From an uncultured delta proteobacterium (GTDB taxonomy: Bacteria > Desulfobacterota > Desulfomonilia > UBA1062), in NCBI GenBank assembly GCA_963785235.1, contig CAWAUM010000009.1:14069-78068 (forward strand): DNA of 64,000 nt. Reading direction: 5' to 3'. The translations under genes and the position numbers were made by a program. Each line of letters starts with the position of its first letter. Position 1 is the stretch's first letter. Positions 1-9,651 of the stretch are shown here, piece by piece. Under the pieces are notes generated by a model. The model made no database searches and was not told where the DNA came from. It worked only from the letters and a program-made list of their open reading frames with translations.

Positions 1-1
1 G

Positions 2-121
2 CCCAAGAAGTTGAGCTCCGACTGCGGGGTGTGCCTGCGTGTAGAATCAGAGGATCAGCTCCGGGTGGAACAAGCCCTGATGGACAAGGTTAAGGTGCTG
101 GCTATCCATCCGCTTTCTTAG
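2..121 (+). CDS. 3' end of DUF3343-family small protein (partial, runs off window start)
   Basis: Frame 2 reads PKKLSSDCGVCLRVESEDQLRVEQALMDKVKVLAIHPLS*; the P-x-x-L-S-S-D-C-G motif resembles DUF3343. Confidence 0.55.
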   Translation, partial: PKKLSSDCGVCLRVESEDQLRVEQALMDKVKVLAIHPLS

Positions 122-143
122 TGAGCATAAGTTATCGAGAGTA

Positions 144-206
144 AACCCAGATTTTGCGTTTAGGACGTTTTAAAAACCTGATCCGTTCAAGTCCTGTCAT
201 CTTACA
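144..206 (-). repeat. Truncated copy of dispersed hairpin element (outer IR, short flank and start of one arm)
   Basis: AACCCAGATTTTGCGTTTAGG..TAAAAACCTGATCCGTTCAAGTCCTGTCATCTTACA matches the start of the copy at 35710; no second arm. Strand for this family is arbitrary: + means long flank on the left. Confidence 0.75.
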
Positions 207-439
207 ATATTTATCGAAAGCTTATTTTCTTGGTCCTGAAGAGTGGAATCTCTCCTTTGTGTAGAGTGAATTGTTCTTATAGTAATCGTTGCTTCATCCG
301 CGTCATCGGCGAGTATAGATTATATTCAGAACTATTCAATATCTTTAAAGGATTGATCATGGAATGTTATATTCAGTTTCTTTGGGCTTATAGAACCATT
401 GATTTTATTGCAAAATCATTAGTCTGAGAAAAGTGAAGA

Positions 440-857
440 TTATTGGCACTTGAATGTATCCCGATAGCTTGAGACGTACTCAGGCCTCGGATATGCGAAT
501 CTCGCCTCTTTCAGCACAAAAGGTTCTCTAAACACGTCGGACATCATTCTCAGAACTGAGACAAACTCCCTCTCATAGATGAAGCGGCGGATATCTTTCA
601 GGTCGATAAGCTCTTTCATTGTTATATATGCAAGGGGCTCCACCACGCTCAGTTCATAGCTGAAATACGTCAGGGTCCGATACCAGTTAAGCCAGCCTGC
701 GCATGACTGACATTTCCTGATTTAGGCTTACGAACATCTCGGGATCATCCAGGTCTTAGGGTTTTATACCGCTGAATGCCAGCAGCTTCTCAGCATCGAT
801 GCCCCGTCCTGCGGCATAACGGGCAAGGATGTCGATGCTGTTGATTGAGCGATACAT
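440..857 (-). pseudogene. Remnant of AraC-family regulator (N-terminal ligand-binding domain only)
   Basis: Minus strand reads MYRSINSIDILARYAAGRGIDAEKLLAFSGIKP*DLDDPEMFVS..., then ...EARFAYPRPEYVSSYRDTFKC; in-frame stops and no HTH. Confidence 0.6.
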
Positions 858-1009
858 CGGCAGGGATGATCTCGATGCAAGGTGAATTTTATCAGGAACA
901 GTTTTTTTCAAATATCTACCTGTGGCAGCTAATCACAATATAATTGTCAATACGCAACAAGATAAATTATATTGCATGAGAACAATTCAATGTAGATGGA
1001 GGGTCAACC

Positions 1010-2011
1010 ATGGGGTACATATATCTGAAAATACGGAATGTCAGTGCATCTCTATGGGTTGAAATTGTAAACCCGCCAGTCAACTTCCTCACCACCAAAG
1101 TGGTGGAGGAGATTTACTCCCTCATCAAGGAAGTGGAGAAAGACCAGTCCATACGGGTATTCATCCTCACCGGCGGCATTGAGGACACCTATATCCGGCA
1201 CTTCTCCATCCCGGAGCTCGTCCAGCTCAATCCTGACCTCAAGAAGATCTTCTTCGACAAGGTTTTTGCATCGAGGATTGCAGGAAGGCTTTTCGCCTGG
1301 GGGACGACCATGACAAACTGGCTCATGGATTGGATCCCCGGGCTTGAGGAGATGCTGCTAAAAATGACAAAGGCCTTCAGCGGTTACTCTTCCGGACTTT
1401 ACCTGTGGTTCATGATGCATCGGCTTTATTTCGCCATCGAAAGGATGAACAAGATCACCATTGCCGCCATCAATGGCTCCGTAAACGGCGGCGGAGCCGA
1501 GATGTCCGCCTGCTTCGATTTCAGGTTCATGATCAATGACCAGGATTTTACCATCGGACAGCTGGAAGTGCTCCTCGGCATACCTCCGGGAGGCGGTGGC
1601 ACTCAGAGGTGGCCCAGGCTTATCGGCAAGGCTAGGGCCTTGGAACTCATGCTCAAAGGGGATCTGATCTCACCGGTGGAGGCTGGAAGGATAGGGATGA
1701 TAACGGGCAGCTTCAGGAAAAAAGATTTTCATGCAAAGGTTCAGGAGTTTGCAGACACCATGAGCAGGCGTCCACCTATCGCGGTCAGCGCCATCAAACA
1801 GGCCGTGCATCAGGGCATGGAAACCAGTCTTCGACAGGGTCTGAGTGTCGAACTGGAGGCGAGTGTCAATTGTTATACATCAAGCCAGACCAGTAAAATC
1901 CTGGAAAACTACAACGGCTACATCAAGGAAAAGATAGAGGCCCCGGATGCTAAACCGGCCACCATAGGGGATACGATCACGATGCTCGAAAATGGAGGTC
2001 CAACGAAATGA
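1010..2011 (+). CDS. Enoyl-CoA hydratase/isomerase (crotonase) family protein with a long internal insertion
   Basis: NPPVN, TIAAINGSVNGGGAE, GIPPGGGGTQRWPRLIG motifs; GGAGG RBS. Confidence 0.85.
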   Translation: MGYIYLKIRNVSASLWVEIVNPPVNFLTTKVVEEIYSLIKEVEKDQSIRVFILTGGIEDTYIRHFSIPELVQLNPDLKKIFFDKVFASRIAGRLFAWGTTMTNWLMDWIPGLEEMLLKMTKAFSGYSSGLYLWFMMHRLYFAIERMNKITIAAINGSVNGGGAEMSACFDFRFMINDQDFTIGQLEVLLGIPPGGGGTQRWPRLIGKARALELMLKGDLISPVEAGRIGMITGSFRKKDFHAKVQEFADTMSRRPPIAVSAIKQAVHQGMETSLRQGLSVELEASVNCYTSSQTSKILENYNGYIKEKIEAPDAKPATIGDTITMLENGGPTK

Positions 2012-2105
2012 AGGATCTGTCGGGTAAAGTATTTCCCAAGACAGCGGTGAGATTCCCTGCATGGAGCTTTGAATTCATTATCAGGCACAACAAAGGAGAA
2101 TATTC

Positions 2106-2939
2106 ATGAAGATAAACCTCAAAGGTAAAAACGTGCTTGTGACAGGTTCTTCCATGGGGATTGGGAAGTCCTTATCAGAGTGTTTTGCAAAGAAAGGGGC
2201 GAACGTCATTATTACAGACCATCCTTCAAGGAGGGAAGAAGCTGGGCTCTGGGCCATGAATCTCGCGGACAGGTACTGTATAAGGACATGGTCTTTCCTT
2301 GAGGATCTTACTATGGAAAACGGCCCTGAAAAACTCCATGACCAGGTGACAGGCGCCGTGCCGGACGTGCATGTCCTAGTTAATAACGCCGGGATAGCCT
2401 GGTACGGGAGATACGAAGAAATTCCCATCGAAAAGATGGAGGCAATGGTCAAACTCAATTGCCTGGCCTATGCGAAGATGTGCCGTCTCTTTCTTCCCAC
2501 AATCATCAGGCTGGGCGAAGGGGGTATATTGAATATCTCGTCGATAGCGGCCCTCACTCCGGTGCCCACCGAGACACTCTATTCAGCAACCAAATATTTC
2601 GTCCAGGGTCTCACAGAAGCAATCCGGTCAGAACTTCGCATCCATAAGGGGATTGTCGTGTCCACACTGAATCCCCCCTTTACGAAGACCCATCTCCTCG
2701 AAGACGGGGGGTATCCATCTGATCTGTTTCCGCTCACCAGGATGAAGGTGTGGGAGCCGGATATCGTTGCCGCCCTGGGAGTCGAGGCATTTGTTAAGGG
2801 CAGGATCTTGTATGTCCCTGGCATCGACAACCAGGTTCTCTATTTCCTGATCATGAGGTTAGTGCCCCGAAGATTCATTAACTGGTTTACATGGTTCCTG
2901 TGCCGGAGGGAGTCGGAGATCATAGGGACACATGGATGA
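2106..2939 (+). CDS. Short-chain dehydrogenase/reductase (SDR)
   Basis: TGSSMGIG, NNAG, YSATK (YxxxK) motifs. Confidence 0.9.
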   Translation: MKINLKGKNVLVTGSSMGIGKSLSECFAKKGANVIITDHPSRREEAGLWAMNLADRYCIRTWSFLEDLTMENGPEKLHDQVTGAVPDVHVLVNNAGIAWYGRYEEIPIEKMEAMVKLNCLAYAKMCRLFLPTIIRLGEGGILNISSIAALTPVPTETLYSATKYFVQGLTEAIRSELRIHKGIVVSTLNPPFTKTHLLEDGGYPSDLFPLTRMKVWEPDIVAALGVEAFVKGRILYVPGIDNQVLYFLIMRLVPRRFINWFTWFLCRRESEIIGTHG

Positions 2940-3353
2940 GCTCGAGAAGCTGAAGTTGCACATAGGAATATGATCATATTGCTTTAGATTTATAGCAGGG
3001 AGACCCGGAGATTATTTTTCATAATCATCGAAAAAGAGGGGCATGGTAAATCATAGATATCATGCCATTTGTGACGCTCCTGTATGAAGTGATAGTCTCC
3101 GTATGTTTCAACCCAAGAACATCTGTTTTCAGGCATTTCAAAAGCACTCAGTCGAAGTTATCTTTGCTTTCCCATGGAAGGGGTTTTCTTTCAGTGATCC
3201 TCATTAATTTCTCTTGGGTCAATTCCAAGTTTCATTATACGTATTGGATCTCAGGATAAAAAATGTGCTTCTCTGTGCATTAAGTTACACATCTGTACAA
3301 TAAATCTTCGCTATCAACAGGAGCAACCTTTTAATATTGCATGGTTATGATTC

Positions 3354-3369
3354 TGGCCCGGGTATTGCT
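3354..3369 (+). promoter_or_regulatory. Putative sigma54 (-24/-12) promoter
   Basis: TGGCCCGGGTATTGCT has GG-N10-GC spacing, about 120 bp before the next ATG; a TGTG-N10-CACA palindrome about 70 bp upstream could be an enhancer site. Confidence 0.5.
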
Positions 3370-3488
3370 TATTTTTATTTGATTTGTAACATATAATGAG
3401 CAATCCTTAGCCGCTGCAAATCATGATGTGTCCGGCAACAGGTTTTGAGGTTTTGATGAAACGATATCACCCGGAGGAGGAATTACTG

Positions 3489-4406
3489 ATGAACGTCTGG
3501 AAATATCTCTCACTGATACTGATTGGGCTCCTTGCCGTCACGTTGACATCCTGTGGAGGATCAAGCGATGGAGGCGGAAGTAACGGAAAGCTCTCGCTAT
3601 CGCTTTCTGATGCCCCTGCTCCTGAATACCAAGCGGTTTATGTAACCATTTCACAGATTCAAGTCCATCGAGCCGATGCGGCAGAAGGAAAATGGCAGAC
3701 TGTGCTCACACCGAATGCCACCTACAATCTCCTTGACCTCATCAATGGTTCGAATGCCTCTCTTGGTGTGGCTGACCTGCCAACAGGCACCTATACTCAA
3801 ATGCGCCTCATCCTCGCTGACGCACCTGATTCCACCACAAACATACTTGGGGCTCATCATCCCTATGCGAACTACCTCATTACCTCTGCAGATGAGGCGA
3901 TCGAACTGAAGGTGCCAAGCGGATTTCAGACAGGGATAAAGCTCGTGCATACATTTGATGTTGTATCCGGTCGTACAGTCGGCCTTGTGCTTGACTTTGA
4001 TGCCGGCCGTTCTGTAGTGAAAGCGGGCAATAGTGGAAAATGGCTGCTCAAACCCACAATCAAGGTAATCGGCACATTGAATAATGCCACTTTGACCGGG
4101 ATCGTCACTGATCAGTCTCAAAACGCATTGTCCGGGGTCACTGTGAGCGCGCAGATATACAACGCTTCAGCTGCCACAGAAGCAGGAAAAGTAACCACCG
4201 AAGCATCAACGCTTACCGATGAAAATGGCGAATATCTGCTGTACCTCAAACCAGGGACCTATACCATCGTGGTCGCCGCTAATGGGTACAGTACTTCATG
4301 CAAAAAGATCACCGTTGCATATAATCTGGACTACACTGAGGACTTCACCCTTGCTCCAACAACGATGGGTATTGTTACTGTAGGGTTGACCCTGCTATCT
4401 GGATAG
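3489..4406 (+). CDS. DUF4382-domain lipoprotein with C-terminal carboxypeptidase-regulatory-like beta domain; C-terminus probably extends to about 4625 through a stop and indels
   Basis: Lipobox LTSC, LSDAP..AVYVTI, LDFDAGRSVV..LKPTI, TDENGEY..LKPGTYTI; GGAGGAGG RBS. Confidence 0.8.
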   Translation: MNVWKYLSLILIGLLAVTLTSCGGSSDGGGSNGKLSLSLSDAPAPEYQAVYVTISQIQVHRADAAEGKWQTVLTPNATYNLLDLINGSNASLGVADLPTGTYTQMRLILADAPDSTTNILGAHHPYANYLITSADEAIELKVPSGFQTGIKLVHTFDVVSGRTVGLVLDFDAGRSVVKAGNSGKWLLKPTIKVIGTLNNATLTGIVTDQSQNALSGVTVSAQIYNASAATEAGKVTTEASTLTDENGEYLLYLKPGTYTIVVAANGYSTSCKKITVAYNLDYTEDFTLAPTTMGIVTVGLTLLSG

Positions 4407-4649
4407 TCAGGAGATGCAGCCACGATAGAGTTCCGGCAGACCTCGCCCGTGATGGAACCCAGCAGATTGCTGTGAAGGATGTGAATTATTCTGAAAGTGG
4501 TTCGTATAGTGTCAGCTTGCCAAGCGGAACCTATATCGTGGTAGCCACCTACACTGACAGGAGCAATAATCATCGATTCCGTTGCAGATGGTGATACGAT
4601 TACAATCGATTTTACCACGCACTAGGGCCTTACAGCTGGAGAATGTAAT

Positions 4650-4680
4650 GGGCATCCTATCACTTTACGATGGGATGCCC
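4650..4680. terminator. Hairpin, probable terminator
   Basis: GGGCATCCTATC-loop-GATGGGATGCCC. Confidence 0.5.
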
Positions 4681-4794
4681 TACTAAAGCAATATACCACA
4701 TGCCTAAGGTTCATACCCAGAGTTGGCCATATGTTTTCATAGATCCTCTTTGAGATTGTCAGTTATCCTGCACTGGGGCTGAGTTATCAAATAA

Positions 4795-5544
4795 TTGATA
4801 TTTTGGACATGGATTCCTATGAGAGTGGTTATGAAGCACGTAGTAAATCTATTCAGATCACAAGCCAAGGTACATGAATTTGATGCAATAATAAGTCTTG
4901 GCTGTAATTGTGAGTTAACCTGGAACATTCGCAACCACTTTGGTATTGAAAGGGCATATCCGCTTGACTGGTGGATAACACCCTTTCAGGCACTACGGAA
5001 GCTATTGGAGAATAGGTTCCAGGACCTATTCAATATGAATAACCTGGAAGTGTCACATGACCTGCTTACCGTTAAGGATACTTATTATAACTTGTTGTAC
5101 CACCATGATTTTAAACGGACAGAAGATGAAAAGATTATCCATGATAACCTAGATCAGCAGTTGCCCTTATTGAAGCAGAAGTATGATATGCTCATCGAAA
5201 GGTTCTTTAAAGATCTGGAAAACAAACGGGTTTTATTTGTAAGAAATCGTGATGGAAATATTCCACACCTTGACCCGGATACAACTCCCATGGACAAAAC
5301 CACCTTTGAACAACTATACAGTTTGTTAGAGGAATTGTTTCCAGATTCACAAATAAGTCTGTTGATTACGAATTGTCCCGTGTTCCCAAAGGTTCGGCGC
5401 CAAAAGGGGTATATCGTATGGGACGAGGTTGTTAACTATGATGATGCTCAATACTTTGCTGGTTCACCTAGGGGATGGCAGGAAATGTTTTTAAGGAACA
5501 ATATTTCCTATGAAAAAGTCAGTGTGAGGAATTCAGTTAAATAG
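4795..5544 (+). CDS. DUF1796 family putative papain-like cysteine peptidase (true start probably slightly downstream)
   Basis: ISLGCNC, YPLDW, HHDF, RF..L...VLFVR pattern; AT-rich. Confidence 0.75.
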   Translation: MIFWTWIPMRVVMKHVVNLFRSQAKVHEFDAIISLGCNCELTWNIRNHFGIERAYPLDWWITPFQALRKLLENRFQDLFNMNNLEVSHDLLTVKDTYYNLLYHHDFKRTEDEKIIHDNLDQQLPLLKQKYDMLIERFFKDLENKRVLFVRNRDGNIPHLDPDTTPMDKTTFEQLYSLLEELFPDSQISLLITNCPVFPKVRRQKGYIVWDEVVNYDDAQYFAGSPRGWQEMFLRNNISYEKVSVRNSVK

Positions 5545-5730
5545 CATCTCCCATACGGGCACTATCCTATTTAAAAATCTTGTACCATGTTTTTTTTAAT
5601 CTTGTATTAAAAGCATAATGCCTTATAATTACAGAGTAGCTTATTCAATCCATTACGTTTTCAAGACACGTAACAGGGCACTTTTTGAGATAGAAATAAA
5701 CTTTCTCAGAGAAACACGAGGGGGATTATC

Positions 5731-6285
5731 ATGCCTGAAGACACTTTGGGGACAATCGTCAACCATACTGCTTCTAAAGTCGGACAGATAGGTATGGTCG
5801 TAAGAGACGCAAAGCGATCTGCAGAGTATTTCTCGAAATTGTATAATATTAAACCCTGGTACCGCGCAAAATTTTCTCACAAGGAGACCATTTACCGCGG
5901 CAAGCAGATTGATCTTGATTTGGAAATCTTGATCGGCTTCTGCGGCGGGGTGGAGATCGAGCTCATTCAAGTTAAGAATGATGTAGAGAATATCTACTCC
6001 GATATCCTGAAAAAGCAGGACGGAGGCATACATCATATTGGATTTTTTATCAAAGAATACGACAGGAAGCTCGCTTCAATGAAATCTTTAGGCGTTGAGC
6101 CTTTGCAATGGGGCACCCTGAAGACAACGGGAGGCGCGGTGACACGGTATGTGTATTTCGATACGGTCAAAACCTGCGGCACCATTACGGAGTTTATTGA
6201 GACAAAATTTCTTGGGTTGAGCATTCCGCACACACAATTCATGGTGAAAATAAGCGCGTTGACTGGCGACGTAAAACGTATCTAA
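5731..6285 (+). CDS. VOC (glyoxalase / methylmalonyl-CoA epimerase-like) family protein
   Basis: QIGMVVRD, EIELIQ, GGIHHIGF, YVYFDT..TEFIE. Confidence 0.85.
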   Translation: MPEDTLGTIVNHTASKVGQIGMVVRDAKRSAEYFSKLYNIKPWYRAKFSHKETIYRGKQIDLDLEILIGFCGGVEIELIQVKNDVENIYSDILKKQDGGIHHIGFFIKEYDRKLASMKSLGVEPLQWGTLKTTGGAVTRYVYFDTVKTCGTITEFIETKFLGLSIPHTQFMVKISALTGDVKRI

Positions 6286-6316
6286 CTTTATAATGATGGA
6301 AACCATTGAAACTTAG

Positions 6317-6358
6317 CCGGCTGTCAGATGCGGCCCTCGCTAGCCCCTGACAGCCGGC
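6317..6358. terminator. GC-rich hairpin between convergent genes
   Basis: GCCGGCTGTCAG...CTGACAGCCGGC. Confidence 0.55.
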
Positions 6359-6370
6359 CCTCTGGATTTC

Positions 6371-6688
6371 CTAACAGCTTGAGCAACCGCCGCCGCAGTC
6401 AGAAGCCTTTTTCATGCCTGAGCTTATGACAAACCCTTCGCCGCCTGGCGAAATTACATAATCCACCGTGATGGGTTTTGCGTCCTGCAGAAGCTTTTTC
6501 TCGATCAAAAATGTGAACCCGCCGTTTTCGATTACCTCGTCGTTTTCATTTGACTCATCCAGAGCCATCCCCAGCTGGGGTCCGCCTCAGCCAATCCCTG
6601 AGACGAATATCCTCAGGGGCTCTACCTTATCGCGTGATTTAAAGAACTCTGTAACCTTCTGGGTTGCCTTTTCCGTTACTTCAAACAT
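6371..6688 (-). CDS. HesB/IscA-like selenoprotein (in-frame UGA = Sec at 6587-6589)
   Basis: Joining ORFs 6587-6793 and 6371-6568 through TGA gives MFEVTEKAT...SGIG-U-GGPQLGMALDE...CGGGCSSC, 105 aa; the adjacent paralog has Cys at this position. Confidence 0.88.
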
Positions 6689-6799
6689 GCCAGCGTTCTC
6701 CTCTCTAGAGTATTTCGTATGGGACTTATCGGTTAGTTGCTTATCTTGGAATAAATTATCAATGGCACCGCCATACTGGTGGCGCCATGTCAACGTTTC

Positions 6800-7117
6800 C
6801 TAGCATCCGCAACAGCCGCCGCCGCACTCGCTTGTCTTTTTCATGCCTGATGAGATGATGAATCCTTCGCCCTGGGGTGTTACGACATAATCCACCTTGA
6901 TGGGCTTTGCCTCTGCAAGAAGGGGTTTTTCGATGAGAAACTTGAATCCTTGTGCCTCAAAGATTTCATCGTTCTCCCCGGGTTCGTCAAGCGCCATCCC
7001 GAGCTGGGGTCCGCTGCAACCCGCGCCGGCAATGAATACCCTCAACGGGGAAATGCCGTCACGCGATTTGAAGAACTCTTTCACCTTCTCTGTTGCCGTT
7101 TCCGTCACTTCAAACAT
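6800..7117 (-). CDS. HesB/IscA-like protein, Cys-containing paralog
   Basis: GAGCSGPQLGMALDE and C-terminal CGGGCCGC; same length as, and collinear with, the Sec copy. Confidence 0.9.
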   Translation of the reverse strand: MFEVTETATEKVKEFFKSRDGISPLRVFIAGAGCSGPQLGMALDEPGENDEIFEAQGFKFLIEKPLLAEAKPIKVDYVVTPQGEGFIISSGMKKTSECGGGCCGC

Positions 7118-7192
7118 TTTATCTCCTTTGGGGCGCCTTGGTTCGGTGATTTTCTCTGAGAACCATTCAGTAATGTCCTGAGAGGCGCCATT

Positions 7193-7549
7193 TTAGTTAT
7201 AGATGATAACCCTATCCATTAGGTTCTTGAATAAATCAAAAATGCCGTCCACCAGGCAGTAGCACATGCTGGTTCCCCTCGGTTCCGCCGTAATCCAACC
7301 GGTCTCCTTGAGTATCTTCAGGTGCTGCGACACGCTCGATTGGGCAAGGGGCAGGGCTTCCACGATCTTGCCGCACATGCACCTGCAATCAGGCGGTTTT
7401 TGGGCAAGCATCCTTACAATCTCTACCCTGGCAGGGTGGGCGATGCCCTTGGATAGCTGCGAGAGCCTCTTCTTGCATTCATCTGCTGCCATGGCCTTGG
7501 GCTTTTCGCCCTTTGCCTGGAAATATTTTGATGACTCCGTCTTTTTCAT
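7193..7549 (-). CDS. ArsR/SmtB family metalloregulator
   Basis: KGIAHPARVEI, CRCMC, LPLAQSSVSQHLKILKETG. Confidence 0.9.
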   Translation of the reverse strand: MKKTESSKYFQAKGEKPKAMAADECKKRLSQLSKGIAHPARVEIVRMLAQKPPDCRCMCGKIVEALPLAQSSVSQHLKILKETGWITAEPRGTSMCYCLVDGIFDLFKNLMDRVIIYN

Positions 7550-7808
7550 TTTTGTCTCTCAAAATTATCGACTATCGACGAACGACGATAAAGTATATGA
7601 TGATCTTCGTCAAGCTATTTTATTTATCCCGGCTGTGCAAGGATTTTGCACCGGGAGCAGAAAGTTTTGTATAAGATGCTGCTTTATTAACTTGAATAAT
7701 GTTAGGACATAGTAAACAATCCCACGATAAAGATGTCGAAAGGGGTAATCAACCTCAAGGTGTGAGCGCCCAAGGGCAGCAAAGTGAAAAGGAGTTGGAG
7801 GAAACAAC

Positions 7809-8819
7809 ATGCTCATCGTCATGCATCATAAGGCTACAGACAAACAGATCGAGGCCGTGATTGCCTCTGTTGCACGGATGGGTTTGATGGCCAGGCCCAT
7901 CCCCGGGAGCGAGAGGACCGCAATCGGGGTCCTGGGGAATAAGGGTTATGTGGATGACACGAATATCCGGGATCTTCCCGGGATCAAAGAGATCATCCAT
8001 GTTTCCAAGCCGTACAAAATGGTTTCCCGGGACTTTCACCCCCGCGGCACAATCATCAAGGTGGACGGTCATGAGATCGGCGAAGGGAAACGCCCGGTAA
8101 TCATTGCAGGACCCTGTGCGGTAGAGAGCGAAACACAGATCGTCAAGACTGCATTGGCGGTGAAAAAGGCAGGCGCTGATATGCTGCGCGGTGGGGCATT
8201 CAAGCCGCGCACAGGCCCCCATACATTCCAGGGACTGAAGGAAGAAGGGTTGAAGCTCCTTGCCCTGGCAAAGAAAGAGACGGGTCTGTCCATTGTCACC
8301 GAGGTGATGGGCACGGAGAATGTGGCACTTGTAGGAGAATATGCCGACATACTTCAGGTGGGCGCCAGAAATATGCAGAATTTTGATCTCCTGACCGAAC
8401 TCGGCCGCATCAACAAACCGGTCCTGCTCAAGCGCGGCATGAGCGCTACAGTGGAGGAATTCCTGGCAGCAGCGGAATATATCTATGCCGGGGGGAACCA
8501 CCAGGTCATTCTCTGCGAGCGAGGCATCCGCACATTCGAGACAGCGACACGCAACAGCCTGGACCTGTCGATTATCCCCCTGATCAAGGAACTGACACAC
8601 CTTCCCGTGATCGTTGACCCCTCGCATGCCACAGGGCGTAGGAGCCTTGTCCCTCCCATGGCAAAGGCGGCCCTTGTGGTGGGCGCGCATGGCATCATGG
8701 TGGAGGTTCACCCCGAGCCGGACAAGGCCCTGTCCGACGGCCCCCAGTCGTTGACCATTCCCGGCTTCGAGAGGCTCATGGACGAGATCAGGAAGATCGA
8801 TGCCTTCCTGGGGTATTGA
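7809..8819 (+). CDS. aroF: 3-deoxy-7-phosphoheptulonate (DAHP) synthase, type I-beta with N-terminal regulatory domain
   Basis: [35 protein letters not shown]. Confidence 0.95.
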   Translation: MLIVMHHKATDKQIEAVIASVARMGLMARPIPGSERTAIGVLGNKGYVDDTNIRDLPGIKEIIHVSKPYKMVSRDFHPRGTIIKVDGHEIGEGKRPVIIAGPCAVESETQIVKTALAVKKAGADMLRGGAFKPRTGPHTFQGLKEEGLKLLALAKKETGLSIVTEVMGTENVALVGEYADILQVGARNMQNFDLLTELGRINKPVLLKRGMSATVEEFLAAAEYIYAGGNHQVILCERGIRTFETATRNSLDLSIIPLIKELTHLPVIVDPSHATGRRSLVPPMAKAALVVGAHGIMVEVHPEPDKALSDGPQSLTIPGFERLMDEIRKIDAFLGY

Positions 8820-8828
8820 CAGGGACTG

Positions 8829-9051
8829 AATCCGGGTTTTGCGCTTGAATGCACCCATAAATACTCAATGCACAACAGGCGCTCTTTAAGTATAAAACTC
8901 ATAGTGCCATGGAATTGTTTTTTAATTAGGTCCGTTCAAAACATCAATCTTGCAGCCTTGAAGGACCGATATAATTAGCGCTCCACAAAGGCTGCAAGAT
9001 TGATGTTTTGAAGGAAAAAGGTTTTACGGTTCTTAAATGCAAAATCCGGAT
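8829..9051 (+). repeat. Dispersed hairpin element, full copy; loop orientation A
   Basis: Outer IR AATCCGGGTTTTGCGCTTGAA / TTAAATGCAAAATCCGGAT; inner arms TTCAAAACATCAATCTTGCAGCCTT / AAGGCTGCAAGATTGATGTTTTGAA. Confidence 0.92.
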
Positions 9052-9087
9052 CGATAAGATGGACTTGTTCCTATTCATGAACGAAAA

Positions 9088-9471
9088 CTACAGGATTGAT
9101 TTTACTGCCTGCAGCAACGGTTCGCGCATTATAGGTTTTTTCATTTCATAGAGCGTGTCGAAATTTTTTATCATTTTAAGATAATACTCAGGTGCAATCT
9201 GATCACCGCCGGATATGGCGATGATCTTCACATCGGGCGACAGCAGCCGCAGCTCCATGATGGTTTGCACACCGCCCATCCCGGGCATGAGGATGTCGGT
9301 AATGACCAGGTCCTGCCGGTGTTCGTTGAAAATCCTGACCCCATCATCCCCATTGCACGCCTCATCCACTTCATACCCTTCGCGTTCCAACATCTGCCGG
9401 AGCACATCTCTGACTGAATTATCATCATCGATAATAAGGATTCGAGCCAAATCATGCCCCCCTAGCACCAT
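9088..9471 (-). CDS. Single-domain response regulator (receiver)
   Basis: ILIIDDD, DLVITDILMPGMGG, IIAISG, KKP. Confidence 0.9.
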   Translation of the reverse strand: MVLGGHDLARILIIDDDNSVRDVLRQMLEREGYEVDEACNGDDGVRIFNEHRQDLVITDILMPGMGGVQTIMELRLLSPDVKIIAISGGDQIAPEYYLKMIKNFDTLYEMKKPIMREPLLQAVKSIL

Positions 9472-9651
9472 TATTATATCAAGTCTTGTATGATTTGCAA
9501 ATAACTGCTTTTATGAAGAACATATTCTTTTTAAGATGATAGTTGTCTTTTGTTGTAAGTCAACCGGGATTTTCTACAAATATGCTTTGAAATTGACAGT
9601 AAGTCTGTAATATCATCTCATCGTCAGAATTGAAAATACCAAAGGGGCCAT

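Noticed and set aside
4404-4625. Amber readthrough (pyrrolysine) at the DUF4382 gene TAG
   Set aside because: Downstream coding-like sequence also needs frameshifts, so error or decay is simpler; no pyl genes seen.
7755-8858. Long antisense ORFs (7755-8858, also 46801-47916, 51972-52895, 10162-10938)
   Set aside because: Shadows of GC3-rich genes on the opposite strand; no motifs.
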